DNA of 64,000 nucleotides from Candidatus Raymondbacteria bacterium RIFOXYA2_FULL_49_16 (GTDB lineage Bacteria; Fibrobacterota; OXYB2-FULL-49-7; XYB2-FULL-49-35): NCBI GenBank assembly GCA_001789205.1, contig MFYT01000023.1, positions 19,003 to 83,002 of the forward strand, read 5' to 3'. Shown piece by piece: positions 55,113 to 64,000 of this stretch (position 1 is its first letter; each line of letters starts with the position of its first letter). The notes under the pieces were generated by a model. It saw only the letters and a program-made list of their open reading frames with translations, ran no database searches and was not told where the DNA came from. The position numbers and the translations under genes were made by a program.

Positions 55113-56819
55113 ATGATCAAAGCATTGGTTTTTGCGATTTTATTAGTGGCGACTTGCCCGATGAAAGCTGAGAATTACCCGGCAATTGATGTTTCGTCGC
55201 ACTGGAGTGTTGGATCATATAATTATGGTGAAGTTAAAAATATCAAGAAAACAGTACAATATGATGCGTCATTATATTCTAAGGTTGAGGAAGATGTTTT
55301 TCGATACATAATGTTAAAGGGTGTTACTATCGGCACAAATACATATGATAATTTAAATATGCAAGCCCTCTACAAGACAGCAACGGAAAATAATGATTAT
55401 AAACAAATAAGAGGCACATATTCTGTAGCGGGTTATTTATTTGATTATTATTTTATATTTTATAAAAATGGCAAATTTGAGGTTCAAATTAAATGGGTAA
55501 CGAATTATCCTGCTAGTGCTTGTAAGTTTTATTTTAAAATATCTTATTGTCTTGCTGGTATGCCGAACATAATTGAATTTGTTGAGCAAGATGAAAGGGG
55601 CTTAAAATACTATTACGGACCGGAATATGAAATTTTTAAATCGTTTTCTGGTGAAACAGAAGAGAATGATAATGATATTGAGAAAAATATCTTTTGTAGA
55701 GTTTTCACATCAGATGTTCCTACAAAACAATTTGGTGCTGTATTCTGGCAATTATATCAGACCCCAATTGAGTTGACGATGAAAAATATTGACGATAATG
55801 ATATAAGATTACCGCCAGAGAATTATATAAATAATACATTAAAATTACAAGAAGTTTTTAAACAAACACAAAATGTTTATAGTACTACAATGGTAAACTA
55901 TCCACAATATGCACGATGTGGTAATAACCAAATGTGCTGGATAACATTGAAAGATGGAGTGAATAAGCCAAATTATGGATTCGCAGGGAGACTGTTTAAA
56001 AAACCAAAGGGACGCCCTTTAAGATTATACAATTACGTTATGTCAGATGTTCCACAAGACATCCCCAATTTCACTTTAACAATAAATAAAGTAGAAACTC
56101 ACGATAGAAGCATTAAAACCGTTTTGGATGATTTAACAAATAAAACATGGTATGAAGCATTTAGAAAAGTTAATATAATTGATGATAATCCAGATAAACC
56201 ATATATTACAAAGGCTCAATTGCATGGATGGATATTAAGTTCTGGTAGGCAGATTGCAGGAAATCCAATATATCAAGAAGAAAGTAAGGAAAACTTTACT
56301 GATTGGCCTATTGAAATCATGATAATTAATAGAAGAATGGATCTTGGTTCCGATCCATCTGGGAGCACGAAGGGCATAATGTTTGACAATTTAATAAGCA
56401 GCAGTGATAATAATTGGAATCTAGTCCAGAGAGAAGGGTGTGCTGTCTTATGGTATGCTATAAAAAACGAAACAGTTTATTATAATAGTGACGATGAGAG
56501 AAAAAGGGGTGCCATGTTAATATATTTGCATGAGATAGGTCATTGTATACAATTTAAACACGCATTTTCACTATTCGGAATAACAATTGAAGAAAGATAT
56601 ATATATAATTGGAGATCAAATAATGTAATATACAACTGGGATGCTGTTGATTTTTATCAGAATGGACCAGAAAGTTGGGTTAAGCCGGGTAAATATGGAG
56701 TTCACTATGTTGATTATGATGACGAATATAATCCCCCTTCCAATTCATATATACCTGAATTTGATTTTAGAAGATATAATGAATGTGGAACAACTTCTAT
56801 ACGTAATTTTAAGAACTAG
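55113..56819 (+). CDS. secreted metzincin-like zinc metalloprotease candidate
   Basis: Signal MIKALVFAILLVATCPMKA. YLHEIGHCIQFKH is HExxHxxxxxH spacing, as in the metzincin HExxHxxGxxH motif but with Gln in place of Gly. Confidence 0.5.
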   Translation: MIKALVFAILLVATCPMKAENYPAIDVSSHWSVGSYNYGEVKNIKKTVQYDASLYSKVEEDVFRYIMLKGVTIGTNTYDNLNMQALYKTATENNDYKQIRGTYSVAGYLFDYYFIFYKNGKFEVQIKWVTNYPASACKFYFKISYCLAGMPNIIEFVEQDERGLKYYYGPEYEIFKSFSGETEENDNDIEKNIFCRVFTSDVPTKQFGAVFWQLYQTPIELTMKNIDDNDIRLPPENYINNTLKLQEVFKQTQNVYSTTMVNYPQYARCGNNQMCWITLKDGVNKPNYGFAGRLFKKPKGRPLRLYNYVMSDVPQDIPNFTLTINKVETHDRSIKTVLDDLTNKTWYEAFRKVNIIDDNPDKPYITKAQLHGWILSSGRQIAGNPIYQEESKENFTDWPIEIMIINRRMDLGSDPSGSTKGIMFDNLISSSDNNWNLVQREGCAVLWYAIKNETVYYNSDDERKRGAMLIYLHEIGHCIQFKHAFSLFGITIEERYIYNWRSNNVIYNWDAVDFYQNGPESWVKPGKYGVHYVDYDDEYNPPSNSYIPEFDFRRYNECGTTSIRNFKN

Positions 56820-56872
56820 AAGAAATAGAAGATGACGAAAAGGATAGCTATAAGTTGTAGAAACGGTAAAAT

Positions 56873-58117
56873 ATGCGCCAAATCAATCGAGATACGCAGC
56901 TTATGATAAAAATCAATCAGACTCGATATGGGGATTTGTGTAAAAGTATGCTTTCCGAAACACCACGTAGGGAGATGATGTGGGTGTTATGCAATTTGAT
57001 AATAATATTATTTTTCAATGGGTGTATTAAAATTACAAACATAGAAGAGGATGAGGGTTTGGTTGCGCTCAATGCTAATGATTCATTAGTAATCAGGACC
57101 ATATTAGATTCAAATAATTTAAAATATATTAAAGTAAAAGACGTTATCAAAACGGAAGATAGCCGAGTTTGTTTTCTTGATCTACATGCACTTGGGATTA
57201 CTAAAATACCAGAGGAGATCGGGCGCCTTAATGCTTTACGCGCGCTTAATTTGCAAGGCAATATGTTGAGGGCGCTGCCAGATGAAATGTTCGACTTGAA
57301 AGTGTTAAAGACACTAAATATAAACTACAACATGCTTGATAGTGTGCCAATGGTAATAGGCAGCCTATTGCAATTGGAAACATTGACTGTTTGTGGCAAT
57401 AATATTTTATATTTACCGGATACGCTCCGAAATCTTCAAAAGTTAATATTATTATCTTTGGCAGAGAATCAATTGGATTCATTCTCGATAATTTTAACTA
57501 ACCTCAAGAATTTGAATAGTTTGTATTTGGGTTATAATCAGATCGCCATTATACCTAACGTCATTATAAATTTATGTAATTTAAAACGATTGAATATTGA
57601 ATATAACCGAATTGATAGTCTTCCTGAAGAAATAGGTAGTCTTAAAAGTCTTGAAATGCTTGATCTTGGAGGAAATAGAGTAATAAATATTCCTCAAAGC
57701 ATTTCCAGTTTGCAAAAACTATCATGGATAATATTGACAGGGAATCAAATTTATGAATTTCCTGAAGCGATATGCGACTTGACTTCTTTAACGTGGCTCT
57801 CTTTGGGGGGGAATAAATTAACAGATATATCAAATTCCATAGGTAGAATAAAAAACTTAGTAGGATTGGAGCTATGCTTTAACGAACTTATAAATTTGTC
57901 AGATTCCATTTATCTTCTTGAGAACTTACACTCTCTTTTGCTATCCAATAATAAATTAGCAAGTCTTCCCGATTCTATTATTAAAATAGAAAAACTTACC
58001 AATCTTAGTTTGGATTATAATAATTTGTGTTCTTTGACCGTTGAGCTAAGAATTTGGGCTAATACATATGATCCTGAATGGAACATAACGCAAGCCTGTT
58101 CATCGGGAATAAAGTAG
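56873..58117 (+). CDS. leucine-rich-repeat lipoprotein (about 14 LRRs of 23 aa)
   Basis: Probable start MLSETP... with lipobox-like LFFNGC. Regular LxxLxxLxLxxNxLxxLPxxI repeats (LNALRALNLQGNMLRALPDEMFDL...). Confidence 0.65.
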   Translation: MRQINRDTQLMIKINQTRYGDLCKSMLSETPRREMMWVLCNLIIILFFNGCIKITNIEEDEGLVALNANDSLVIRTILDSNNLKYIKVKDVIKTEDSRVCFLDLHALGITKIPEEIGRLNALRALNLQGNMLRALPDEMFDLKVLKTLNINYNMLDSVPMVIGSLLQLETLTVCGNNILYLPDTLRNLQKLILLSLAENQLDSFSIILTNLKNLNSLYLGYNQIAIIPNVIINLCNLKRLNIEYNRIDSLPEEIGSLKSLEMLDLGGNRVINIPQSISSLQKLSWIILTGNQIYEFPEAICDLTSLTWLSLGGNKLTDISNSIGRIKNLVGLELCFNELINLSDSIYLLENLHSLLLSNNKLASLPDSIIKIEKLTNLSLDYNNLCSLTVELRIWANTYDPEWNITQACSSGIK

Positions 58118-58282
58118 GGCCCTTGGTATAGGAAAATCGATATTACGGTATGGCCAAAACGAGTTTATGTTTTAAAGTCCGATATGGGAAGGGCGAAAAT
58201 TTCTTGGCTGATGATTTTAATGCGCTGATTTTTATATGAATCGATTGTTGAATGAGCAGTTGTCAGCGATGGAAATTACAAT

Positions 58283-59749
58283 ATGCAAATAGTAAAAAAG
58301 AGCGGTGTAATCATAGAGGCTGACTGTTCCATGGCTGCTTTAGATCCAGGTCTTGTTGGTGGTATCATGAGCCATTATGGCGTTTATATTCAAACACTTT
58401 CAGATAAAACAATTTCGGTCCAGACACTATCCATTCATGATCAAACGCTCATTGATGATCTTCGGTTTCTGTTCAACAGAACAATCAAACTGGTTTTCAC
58501 TGAAAAAGAAGAGATTGTTGCCAGAATCAAACAGGTTTCCCAGAAAAACACCAGGACAACAAAGAAGTATGTTTCAAAGAGCGGCAGTTGGCCCGTTGCA
58601 TCGCCCGTGATAGGCCTGGTCAACGCAACCGTTGTTGCAGCCATTTCTGCCAATGCCAGCGACATCCATTTCGAGCCCTTTGAAGGCGAACTCAGGGTAC
58701 GGTACAGGATCGACGGGGTATTGCGCGATGTGAACGCCATCCAGAAATCCCGCATGGCCGAAGTGGTTTCACGCCTGAAAATCATGGCAAACATGGACAT
58801 TGCCGAGAAGCGCAGGCCCCAGGACGGCCGAATACGTATAGAGCACGAGGACGCAGTCATAGATTTGCGCGTTTCAACCCTGCCCACTGAATTCGGGGAA
58901 AAGGTCGTTCTGCGAATCCTGGATAAAAGCCACCTGGGACTTGATGTTGAAAAAATAGGCATGGATGGAAAAAGGCTCGACCTGTTCAAAAAAGCCATCA
59001 AACTGCCCTATGGTATGATTCTTGTGACTGGCCCAACAGGATCAGGCAAAACAACGACGCTGTATGCGGCTTTGAATTATATTAAGTCCCCTGAAATAAA
59101 CATTGTCACCATTGAAGACCCAATCGAATATAACCTTGACGGGGTCAACCAATCCCAGGTAAAGCCTGAGATCAACTATACCTTTTCCGAAGCTATAAAG
59201 ACTTTTTTAAGGCAGGACCCCAATGTTATCATGGTAGGCGAGGTCCGTGACACAGAGACAGCCACAATCGCCAACCGCGCGGCAATGACCGGCCACTTGG
59301 TATTTTCCACGCTGCATACAAATGACGCGCCATCGGCAGTCAACAGGCTTGTGGACCTTGGGCTTGCGCCGTTCCAGATAGCTTCCGCAGTCTCACTGAT
59401 AATTGCCCAGCGGCTTGTCCGAAAGATCTGCGATCACTGTAAAAAGGAAAAGCCCATTCCCGCAGCCTTGCAGGAAGAATTGAAGATCAATGATACGACT
59501 GCATGGGTAGGCGAAGGTTGCGAAGCGTGCGGCAATACGGGCTACAAGGGGCGTATTGGCTTGTTCGAGGCCATGTTTGTGACAGGCCCGGTAAAAGAGT
59601 TGATAATGCGAAAGGCGAACTCGTATGAACTCCAGGAAGTGGCTATCCGCGAGGGCATGGTGACGCTTCGGAACGACGGGCTCAATAAAATGCGGGCCGG
59701 GATTACCACGGTTGAAGAGATTTTACGGGAGACTGTTCAGGGAATGTAA
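58283..59749 (+). CDS. gspE: type II secretion ATPase GspE (PilB/GspE family)
   Basis: Walker A LVTGPTGSGKTTTLYAAL, Asp box, Walker B IMVGEVRD, His box LVFSTLHTND, and tetracysteine CDHC...CEAC. Confidence 0.85.
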   Translation: MQIVKKSGVIIEADCSMAALDPGLVGGIMSHYGVYIQTLSDKTISVQTLSIHDQTLIDDLRFLFNRTIKLVFTEKEEIVARIKQVSQKNTRTTKKYVSKSGSWPVASPVIGLVNATVVAAISANASDIHFEPFEGELRVRYRIDGVLRDVNAIQKSRMAEVVSRLKIMANMDIAEKRRPQDGRIRIEHEDAVIDLRVSTLPTEFGEKVVLRILDKSHLGLDVEKIGMDGKRLDLFKKAIKLPYGMILVTGPTGSGKTTTLYAALNYIKSPEINIVTIEDPIEYNLDGVNQSQVKPEINYTFSEAIKTFLRQDPNVIMVGEVRDTETATIANRAAMTGHLVFSTLHTNDAPSAVNRLVDLGLAPFQIASAVSLIIAQRLVRKICDHCKKEKPIPAALQEELKINDTTAWVGEGCEACGNTGYKGRIGLFEAMFVTGPVKELIMRKANSYELQEVAIREGMVTLRNDGLNKMRAGITTVEEILRETVQGM

Positions 59750-60415
59750 CTGTTGAAATCCGGGTATTCTGCCACAAAGGATTTCATCTGCGCAAGCCTG
59801 CGGTCCAGGAAACTGAGCCACTCGCGCCTGGTAACAAAGGGGCTTCCATCTTTCCGGGTTTCGTTTGATATCTGGTGGGGGTGCCCGGGCAGAACCAGGT
59901 CAAAGGCAAACCGTTTCATTCTCTTGATGGTCTTTATATAATCTGTATCTGTTCCCCGGTAGCCATATTCACGCATCTCTTTCTCGTTGCACTTGAAGCC
60001 GCTTGCATCGCCCATTATCAGAACGCGTTTTTTTCCCTGTTTGCCTTCAATGTCTGTGAAAAAACAGCATGAACCCATGGACTGGCCTGGCGTGAACACA
60101 ACGCGTATCCGATTGCAGCCGCACTGTATTGTTTCATTGCCAACGAGCGGAGTCAGGCGATATTTTTTTGGGAAGCGTCCTGCGCCAAAGCCAATATCAA
60201 GCCGTCCCAGTTCTTTTTGGTGAATGAACATGGTTGCGCCTGACCTGTCCATGACCATAAAGTAATTTTACTGATGTTTTGTCCATGGTGTCGAAAAGCA
60301 GGAGGCCGCTGCCGGTGTCGAGTGCATAGGCGCAGAATTGCCGTGATCCGATGTAATACAGGGGCCGTATATGCGGCGCGGTCCAGGGTTTTTGCCCGGC
60401 TTTAGATTGTTCCAA
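59737..60415 (-). pseudogene. MBL-fold metallo-hydrolase gene split between two frames
   Basis: N-terminal part (60197-60415: YYIGSRQFCAYALDTGSGLLLFDT) and C-terminal part (59737-60258: ...VLPGHPHQ...) are in different frames. The expected HxHxDH motif falls at the junction. Confidence 0.4.
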
Positions 60416-60450
60416 AACCGGAAGCCAAGGATACCAGGGTTCATGGCAAT

Positions 60451-61230
60451 CTACCGGCGGTATCCGCCTGATCGCAGTTTGGCGAGTAACCGCAGAATTT
60501 CAATATAAAGCCAGACAAGCGTTACCAGGAGCCCGAAAGCGCCGTACCATTCCATGTATTTGGGTGCGCCCTTTGCAGCGCCGTTCTCAATGAAGTCAAA
60601 ATCAAGCACAAGGTTAAGCGCGGCGATAACCACCACAACCAGGGAAAAGCCGATTCCAATGGGGTTGGCTCCGTAAATGAACGGAAGCCCTTTGCCAAAG
60701 AATCCCATGACCATGGATACAAGATAGACCAGGCCTATTGCGCCTGTGGCTGCTGCAATGCCCAGTTTGAAATTCTCTGTTGGCTTGATGAGCCTTGATT
60801 TGTATGCGAAAAGAAGGGCGAGAAGAGTCCCGAAGGTAAGCGAGATTGCCTGGATGACTATCCCTGGGAATTTCTGCTTAAAAACCGCTGAAATGCCTCC
60901 AAGGAAGAGGCCTTGCAGCAGCGCATATACTGGAGTTGACCAGGGCGCCCGCTCTTTTTTGAACACAGTGACCAGCGCGGCAATGAGGCCTCCGATGGTA
61001 CCGCTCAGTACCAGGGCTGTGGTGGATTCTCCGGCAAAGAATTTTGACCATGTCCAGCTGGCAGGGGAAAGGATGCCCCGTAGCGTCATGTGGCCGATCT
61101 GGCCGTTAATAGCTTTAGCGCCAAGGGTTATTAGTGTCTGAATCGCAGAAACATCAATAGCCCCGTACCGGACAACGCCACCCCGGTTGCGATACGCCCT
61201 TGCCAGGGTGAATGAGCAATAATTCGTCAA
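60451..61230 (-). CDS. Bax-inhibitor-1/YccA-like 7-TM membrane protein
   Basis: 259 aa with about 7 hydrophobic helices. C-terminal region (LVLDFDFIENG...WLYIEILRLL) is reminiscent of the BI-1 family. Confidence 0.45.
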   Translation of the reverse strand: MTNYCSFTLARAYRNRGGVVRYGAIDVSAIQTLITLGAKAINGQIGHMTLRGILSPASWTWSKFFAGESTTALVLSGTIGGLIAALVTVFKKERAPWSTPVYALLQGLFLGGISAVFKQKFPGIVIQAISLTFGTLLALLFAYKSRLIKPTENFKLGIAAATGAIGLVYLVSMVMGFFGKGLPFIYGANPIGIGFSLVVVVIAALNLVLDFDFIENGAAKGAPKYMEWYGAFGLLVTLVWLYIEILRLLAKLRSGGYRR

Positions 61231-61328
61231 GCGATTCCTGGCGCAAACCGAAAATTAAGTTTTATATTATAGATATAATATTTATTTTTAAATGACATAA
61301 ACTTTAGAATTTTATATTGCGGCGGTTT

Positions 61329-64000
61329 ATGCGGATTTCAAAGTTCTGCGTGCTCATAGGGTTGCTGTTGCAGGCATCGGTCATTTCCCAGGTAGTACCA
61401 GGAATGGTCGACACTATCTCGCCAACAGTCAGGGTCAACTATCCCTCTGGGACCTATACCTCGCTGCTCAGGGTGGAGTTCGAAACCAGCGAGCCAGCGA
61501 CCGTTTTCTATACCACCAATAATTCCCCGCCCACGGAAAAATCACCGGCCTATTCAGGGCTTGTCACGCTTTCCACCGAGGGCAAGACCGTGTTGCGGTA
61601 TATCGCCATTGATATGGTGGGGAACCGTTCGCCTGAATATAGCCAGGCATACGAGATCGACACGCGGTCGCCCGCGGTTTCGGTTTTTCCGCCTGGAGGC
61701 AAGTTTTCGTCCCTGGTAAAGGTCACCATCCAGACCAACGAACCTTCGCGAATCTTTTACGCCATAGACCCGTTGGGCCGGATTGATACCACTGTCCCGG
61801 GATTGGGCATTCAGAAGAACGTTTCAATCTCTCAAAGCTGCACGCTCAGGGTCGTGGTCAGGGACGCCGCGGGAAACACCAGCGACAAGGCGTCCTTTGC
61901 CTTTTCCATTGATCGCGACCTGCCCGTGGTAACCACGGACAAACAGGCGGGAGTCTACAATACTCCCATCCCGGTCACCCTTTCCTCGGATTCAGGGGTT
62001 AATATCTTTTACTCGTTCGACGAATTCGCGCCGCTCTCTTCGTTCCAGGCATACACTGGCCCCATCAAACTGCGCCCTGGCCAGACGGTACTCAGTTATT
62101 ATGGCCGCAAGGAGGTGGGCACCCGTTCTCCGGTGCAGAAGACCGTCTACATAGTGGACATCTATCCGCCCAAGGTAACCACTCTTGTCAAGGAATCAAA
62201 GGGCAGACGGGACGTTACGCTACGCTCAAGCGAGAAAGCGTCGCTGCTCTATACGCTAGATGGGTCGCAGCCCACCGAACAGTCTATTCCCTATACCGGA
62301 CCCATTACCATTTCCCCGCGCGGGGTCACGGTGCTGCGCGTCTTTGCCAAGGACGGCGCGGGCAATGTGTCCGACGATTTCTACCAGAAGTTCAGCTACG
62401 ACAAAATCCCCCCAAAAGTCTCCTTTGATCCCAAACCCGGCCTCTACAACAGGCCCGTGCAGATAAAGATCGAGGCGAACGAACCGGTCACCATTTTCTA
62501 CACCCTTGACAATACCATGCCTACCGCAAACTCGGCTGAATATTCGGCGCCAATTCTGCTCGCGAAAGACGGGGCCACGGTGGTCACCTTTTACGCCATG
62601 GACGAAGCGGACAACAAGACCGAACTCTATTCCCTCACGTACAGCATCGACCAGACACCGCCCAAGGTATCGGTGAAAATCGAACGCGATACCAGCAACA
62701 AGATCTTTACCGTCACATTGAGCGCGGGCAAGGGTGAACGCATTTACTATACCCTCGACGGATCAACGCCCACCTTTACCTCGTTTCCCTGCACGGGTCC
62801 CTTTACGGTAAACACCGGACAGGCGGTCAAATACATTGCCATTGATGAGGCAGGCAACATGACGCCGGTACGGGAGATCACCGAGATCGCCACTCCTCGC
62901 GTGTCAGCCCGTCCTGCGGGCGGCATCTTCAACCGGCCGCTCCGCATTGAGCTCAAGGCAAACCGCTTGGGAAAAGTGTTTTACCGCATCAATACCAAGA
63001 CCGTGCAGCGGGGCGACTTCCTCGACTATACTGAACCGGTTTCCCTCAAGACCAATGGGCTTTTCAAGCTTGAATATTTTTCTGAGGACAGCCTACTCAA
63101 CCGGTCAACTATCAACGAGGAGACCTATTTCATAGATCTCATTGCCCCGGAGATCAAGATTTACACGCAGCGCAGCCAGGCCGACACCACTATCGCGGTT
63201 TTTTTCCAGGCCTCTGAAAATGTGACCGTTTACTACACAATCGACGGCTCAAACCCCACAGTCAGCCCCACGGCCAAGGTTGTATGCAACAAGTATTTCC
63301 TTTCCAAGGACAAGATTTTGCTTAAGCCAACGGAAAATATGCAACTGAGCTTTGTCGGCGAGGACATTGCGGGCAACAAGAGCGAGATGTACCAGTTTGA
63401 CATCAATCTTCCCACGGTCATTCCCAACTATCCGGGCGGCAGCTACAACGAAATCCTCAACGTCACGCTCACCACGTTCAACGAGGCGGCCGTATACTAC
63501 ACCCTTGACGGAAGCAGTCCCACCGAGCACGCGGAGATATACCGTAAGCCCATTCCCGTCACCCGCAATACCACACTCAAGTATTTTGCCATAGATAAAT
63601 ACGGGTACCGGAGTCCGGTGCGGGAGGTGGTCTATGCGATCGACCTTCCGCCGCGGCCCGATTTCCGCGTCGAAGCCGATACCCTCATCGAGGGCATGGT
63701 GGTCCAGTTGAACGCCGACGTTTCGGTCGACGAGGAGTCGCCCCGCGAAGCGCTCCAATACCGCTGGGACTTTGATAGCGACAGCGCGTGGGACACCAAA
63801 CTTTCCGCGGCGGTCAAAGTGCTGCATGTTTTTAAAACGCCCGGGGTGCATTTGGTCAGCCTCATGGTGCAGGACAACGCAGGGCTCACGGCCACAACGA
63901 CCAAGCGGGTGCAAGTGATCAAGGACTGTCCCAAGGACATGGTGTCCCTGTTCGACGACCGCCGGGCCTACTGCATTGACCGGTACGAATATCCCAATAC
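61329..64000 (+). CDS. large secreted protein (5' partial, runs off the window): signal peptide, about 8 chitobiase/beta-hexosaminidase-C-type (CHB_HEX_C) repeats, PKD domain, start of FGE-sulfatase (formylglycine-generating-enzyme fold) domain
   Basis: Start MRISKFCVLIGLLLQASVISQ. Repeats follow the pattern xxYYTLDGS.PT..S..Y.GPI (FYTTNNSPPTEKSPAYSGLV, LYTLDGSQPTEQSIPYTGPI, IYYTLDGSTPTFTSFPCTGPF, ...). PKD-like LQYRWDFDSDSAWDT. Terminal CPKDMVSLFDDRRAYCIDRYEYPN resembles the start of the FGE-sulfatase domain. Absent from the ORF track because there is no stop in the window. Confidence 0.65.
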   Translation, partial: MRISKFCVLIGLLLQASVISQVVPGMVDTISPTVRVNYPSGTYTSLLRVEFETSEPATVFYTTNNSPPTEKSPAYSGLVTLSTEGKTVLRYIAIDMVGNRSPEYSQAYEIDTRSPAVSVFPPGGKFSSLVKVTIQTNEPSRIFYAIDPLGRIDTTVPGLGIQKNVSISQSCTLRVVVRDAAGNTSDKASFAFSIDRDLPVVTTDKQAGVYNTPIPVTLSSDSGVNIFYSFDEFAPLSSFQAYTGPIKLRPGQTVLSYYGRKEVGTRSPVQKTVYIVDIYPPKVTTLVKESKGRRDVTLRSSEKASLLYTLDGSQPTEQSIPYTGPITISPRGVTVLRVFAKDGAGNVSDDFYQKFSYDKIPPKVSFDPKPGLYNRPVQIKIEANEPVTIFYTLDNTMPTANSAEYSAPILLAKDGATVVTFYAMDEADNKTELYSLTYSIDQTPPKVSVKIERDTSNKIFTVTLSAGKGERIYYTLDGSTPTFTSFPCTGPFTVNTGQAVKYIAIDEAGNMTPVREITEIATPRVSARPAGGIFNRPLRIELKANRLGKVFYRINTKTVQRGDFLDYTEPVSLKTNGLFKLEYFSEDSLLNRSTINEETYFIDLIAPEIKIYTQRSQADTTIAVFFQASENVTVYYTIDGSNPTVSPTAKVVCNKYFLSKDKILLKPTENMQLSFVGEDIAGNKSEMYQFDINLPTVIPNYPGGSYNEILNVTLTTFNEAAVYYTLDGSSPTEHAEIYRKPIPVTRNTTLKYFAIDKYGYRSPVREVVYAIDLPPRPDFRVEADTLIEGMVVQLNADVSVDEESPREALQYRWDFDSDSAWDTKLSAAVKVLHVFKTPGVHLVSLMVQDNAGLTATTTKRVQVIKDCPKDMVSLFDDRRAYCIDRYEYPN

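Noticed and set aside
1-64000. CRISPR arrays, rRNA genes, integrase / att sites
   Set aside because: I found no regularly spaced direct repeats, no rRNA-like conserved stretches, and no tyrosine/serine recombinase signatures. tRNA-Gly is the only RNA gene I can support.

Overview
The 64-kb window appears to come from a Gram-negative bacterium, probably in or near the FCB superphylum. The evidence is a T9SS C-terminal sorting domain, a gingipain-type C25 peptidase and an HPr-kinase regulatory PTS. Roughly 55-60% GC in the core drops to roughly 33-45% GC in the accessory stretches. These are impressions from reading, not computed values.

From left to right:

(1) def, a SpoIID-like gene, then a translationally coupled minus-strand triplet (MNT nucleotidyltransferase, HEPN, SLOG/LOG-like 'molybdenum-carrier-type' protein). 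This is followed by a degraded IS remnant and tRNA-Gly(GCC).

(2) Two very large minus-strand envelope proteins: a FecR-domain/Ig-repeat protein, and an outer-membrane-type protein with a beta-helix and a C-terminal aromatic residue.

(3) A conserved housekeeping array: ybeY, a GGDEF protein, aroE, lptB-rpoN-lipA-hpf-hprK-mce-ptsH-ptsI, hom-lysC, and a CaCA antiporter.

(4) A small glycan-utilisation cluster: GH78 rhamnosidase-like, type I PMI, FGGY kinase, GH2 beta-mannosidase.

(5) A roughly 27-kb lower-GC accessory region that opens with a decayed IS4-family transposase. It contains a 3255-aa giant surface protein with duplicated beta-helix modules, a C25 peptidase, FN3, FG-GAP repeats and a further beta-helix. 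Low-GC secreted proteins follow, then a T9SS-CTD cargo protein and a near-complete type II secretion (T2SS) cluster (gspD, L-like, M-like, C/PilP-like, K-like, I, F, H/J, G). The gspE ATPase is separated from the rest by a low-GC three-gene insert: an unknown secreted protein, a metzincin-like protease and an LRR lipoprotein.

(6) A frameshifted MBL-fold gene, a BI-1/YccA-like membrane protein, and the open 5' part of a large secreted protein (CHB_HEX_C repeats, PKD, FGE-sulfatase domain).

No CRISPR array and no rRNA were seen. The candidate I would look at first is the MNT-HEPN-SLOG three-gene module beside the IS remnant and tRNA. Second is the split T2SS locus with its apparent cargo: the proteases, the LRR protein and the giant C25 protein.
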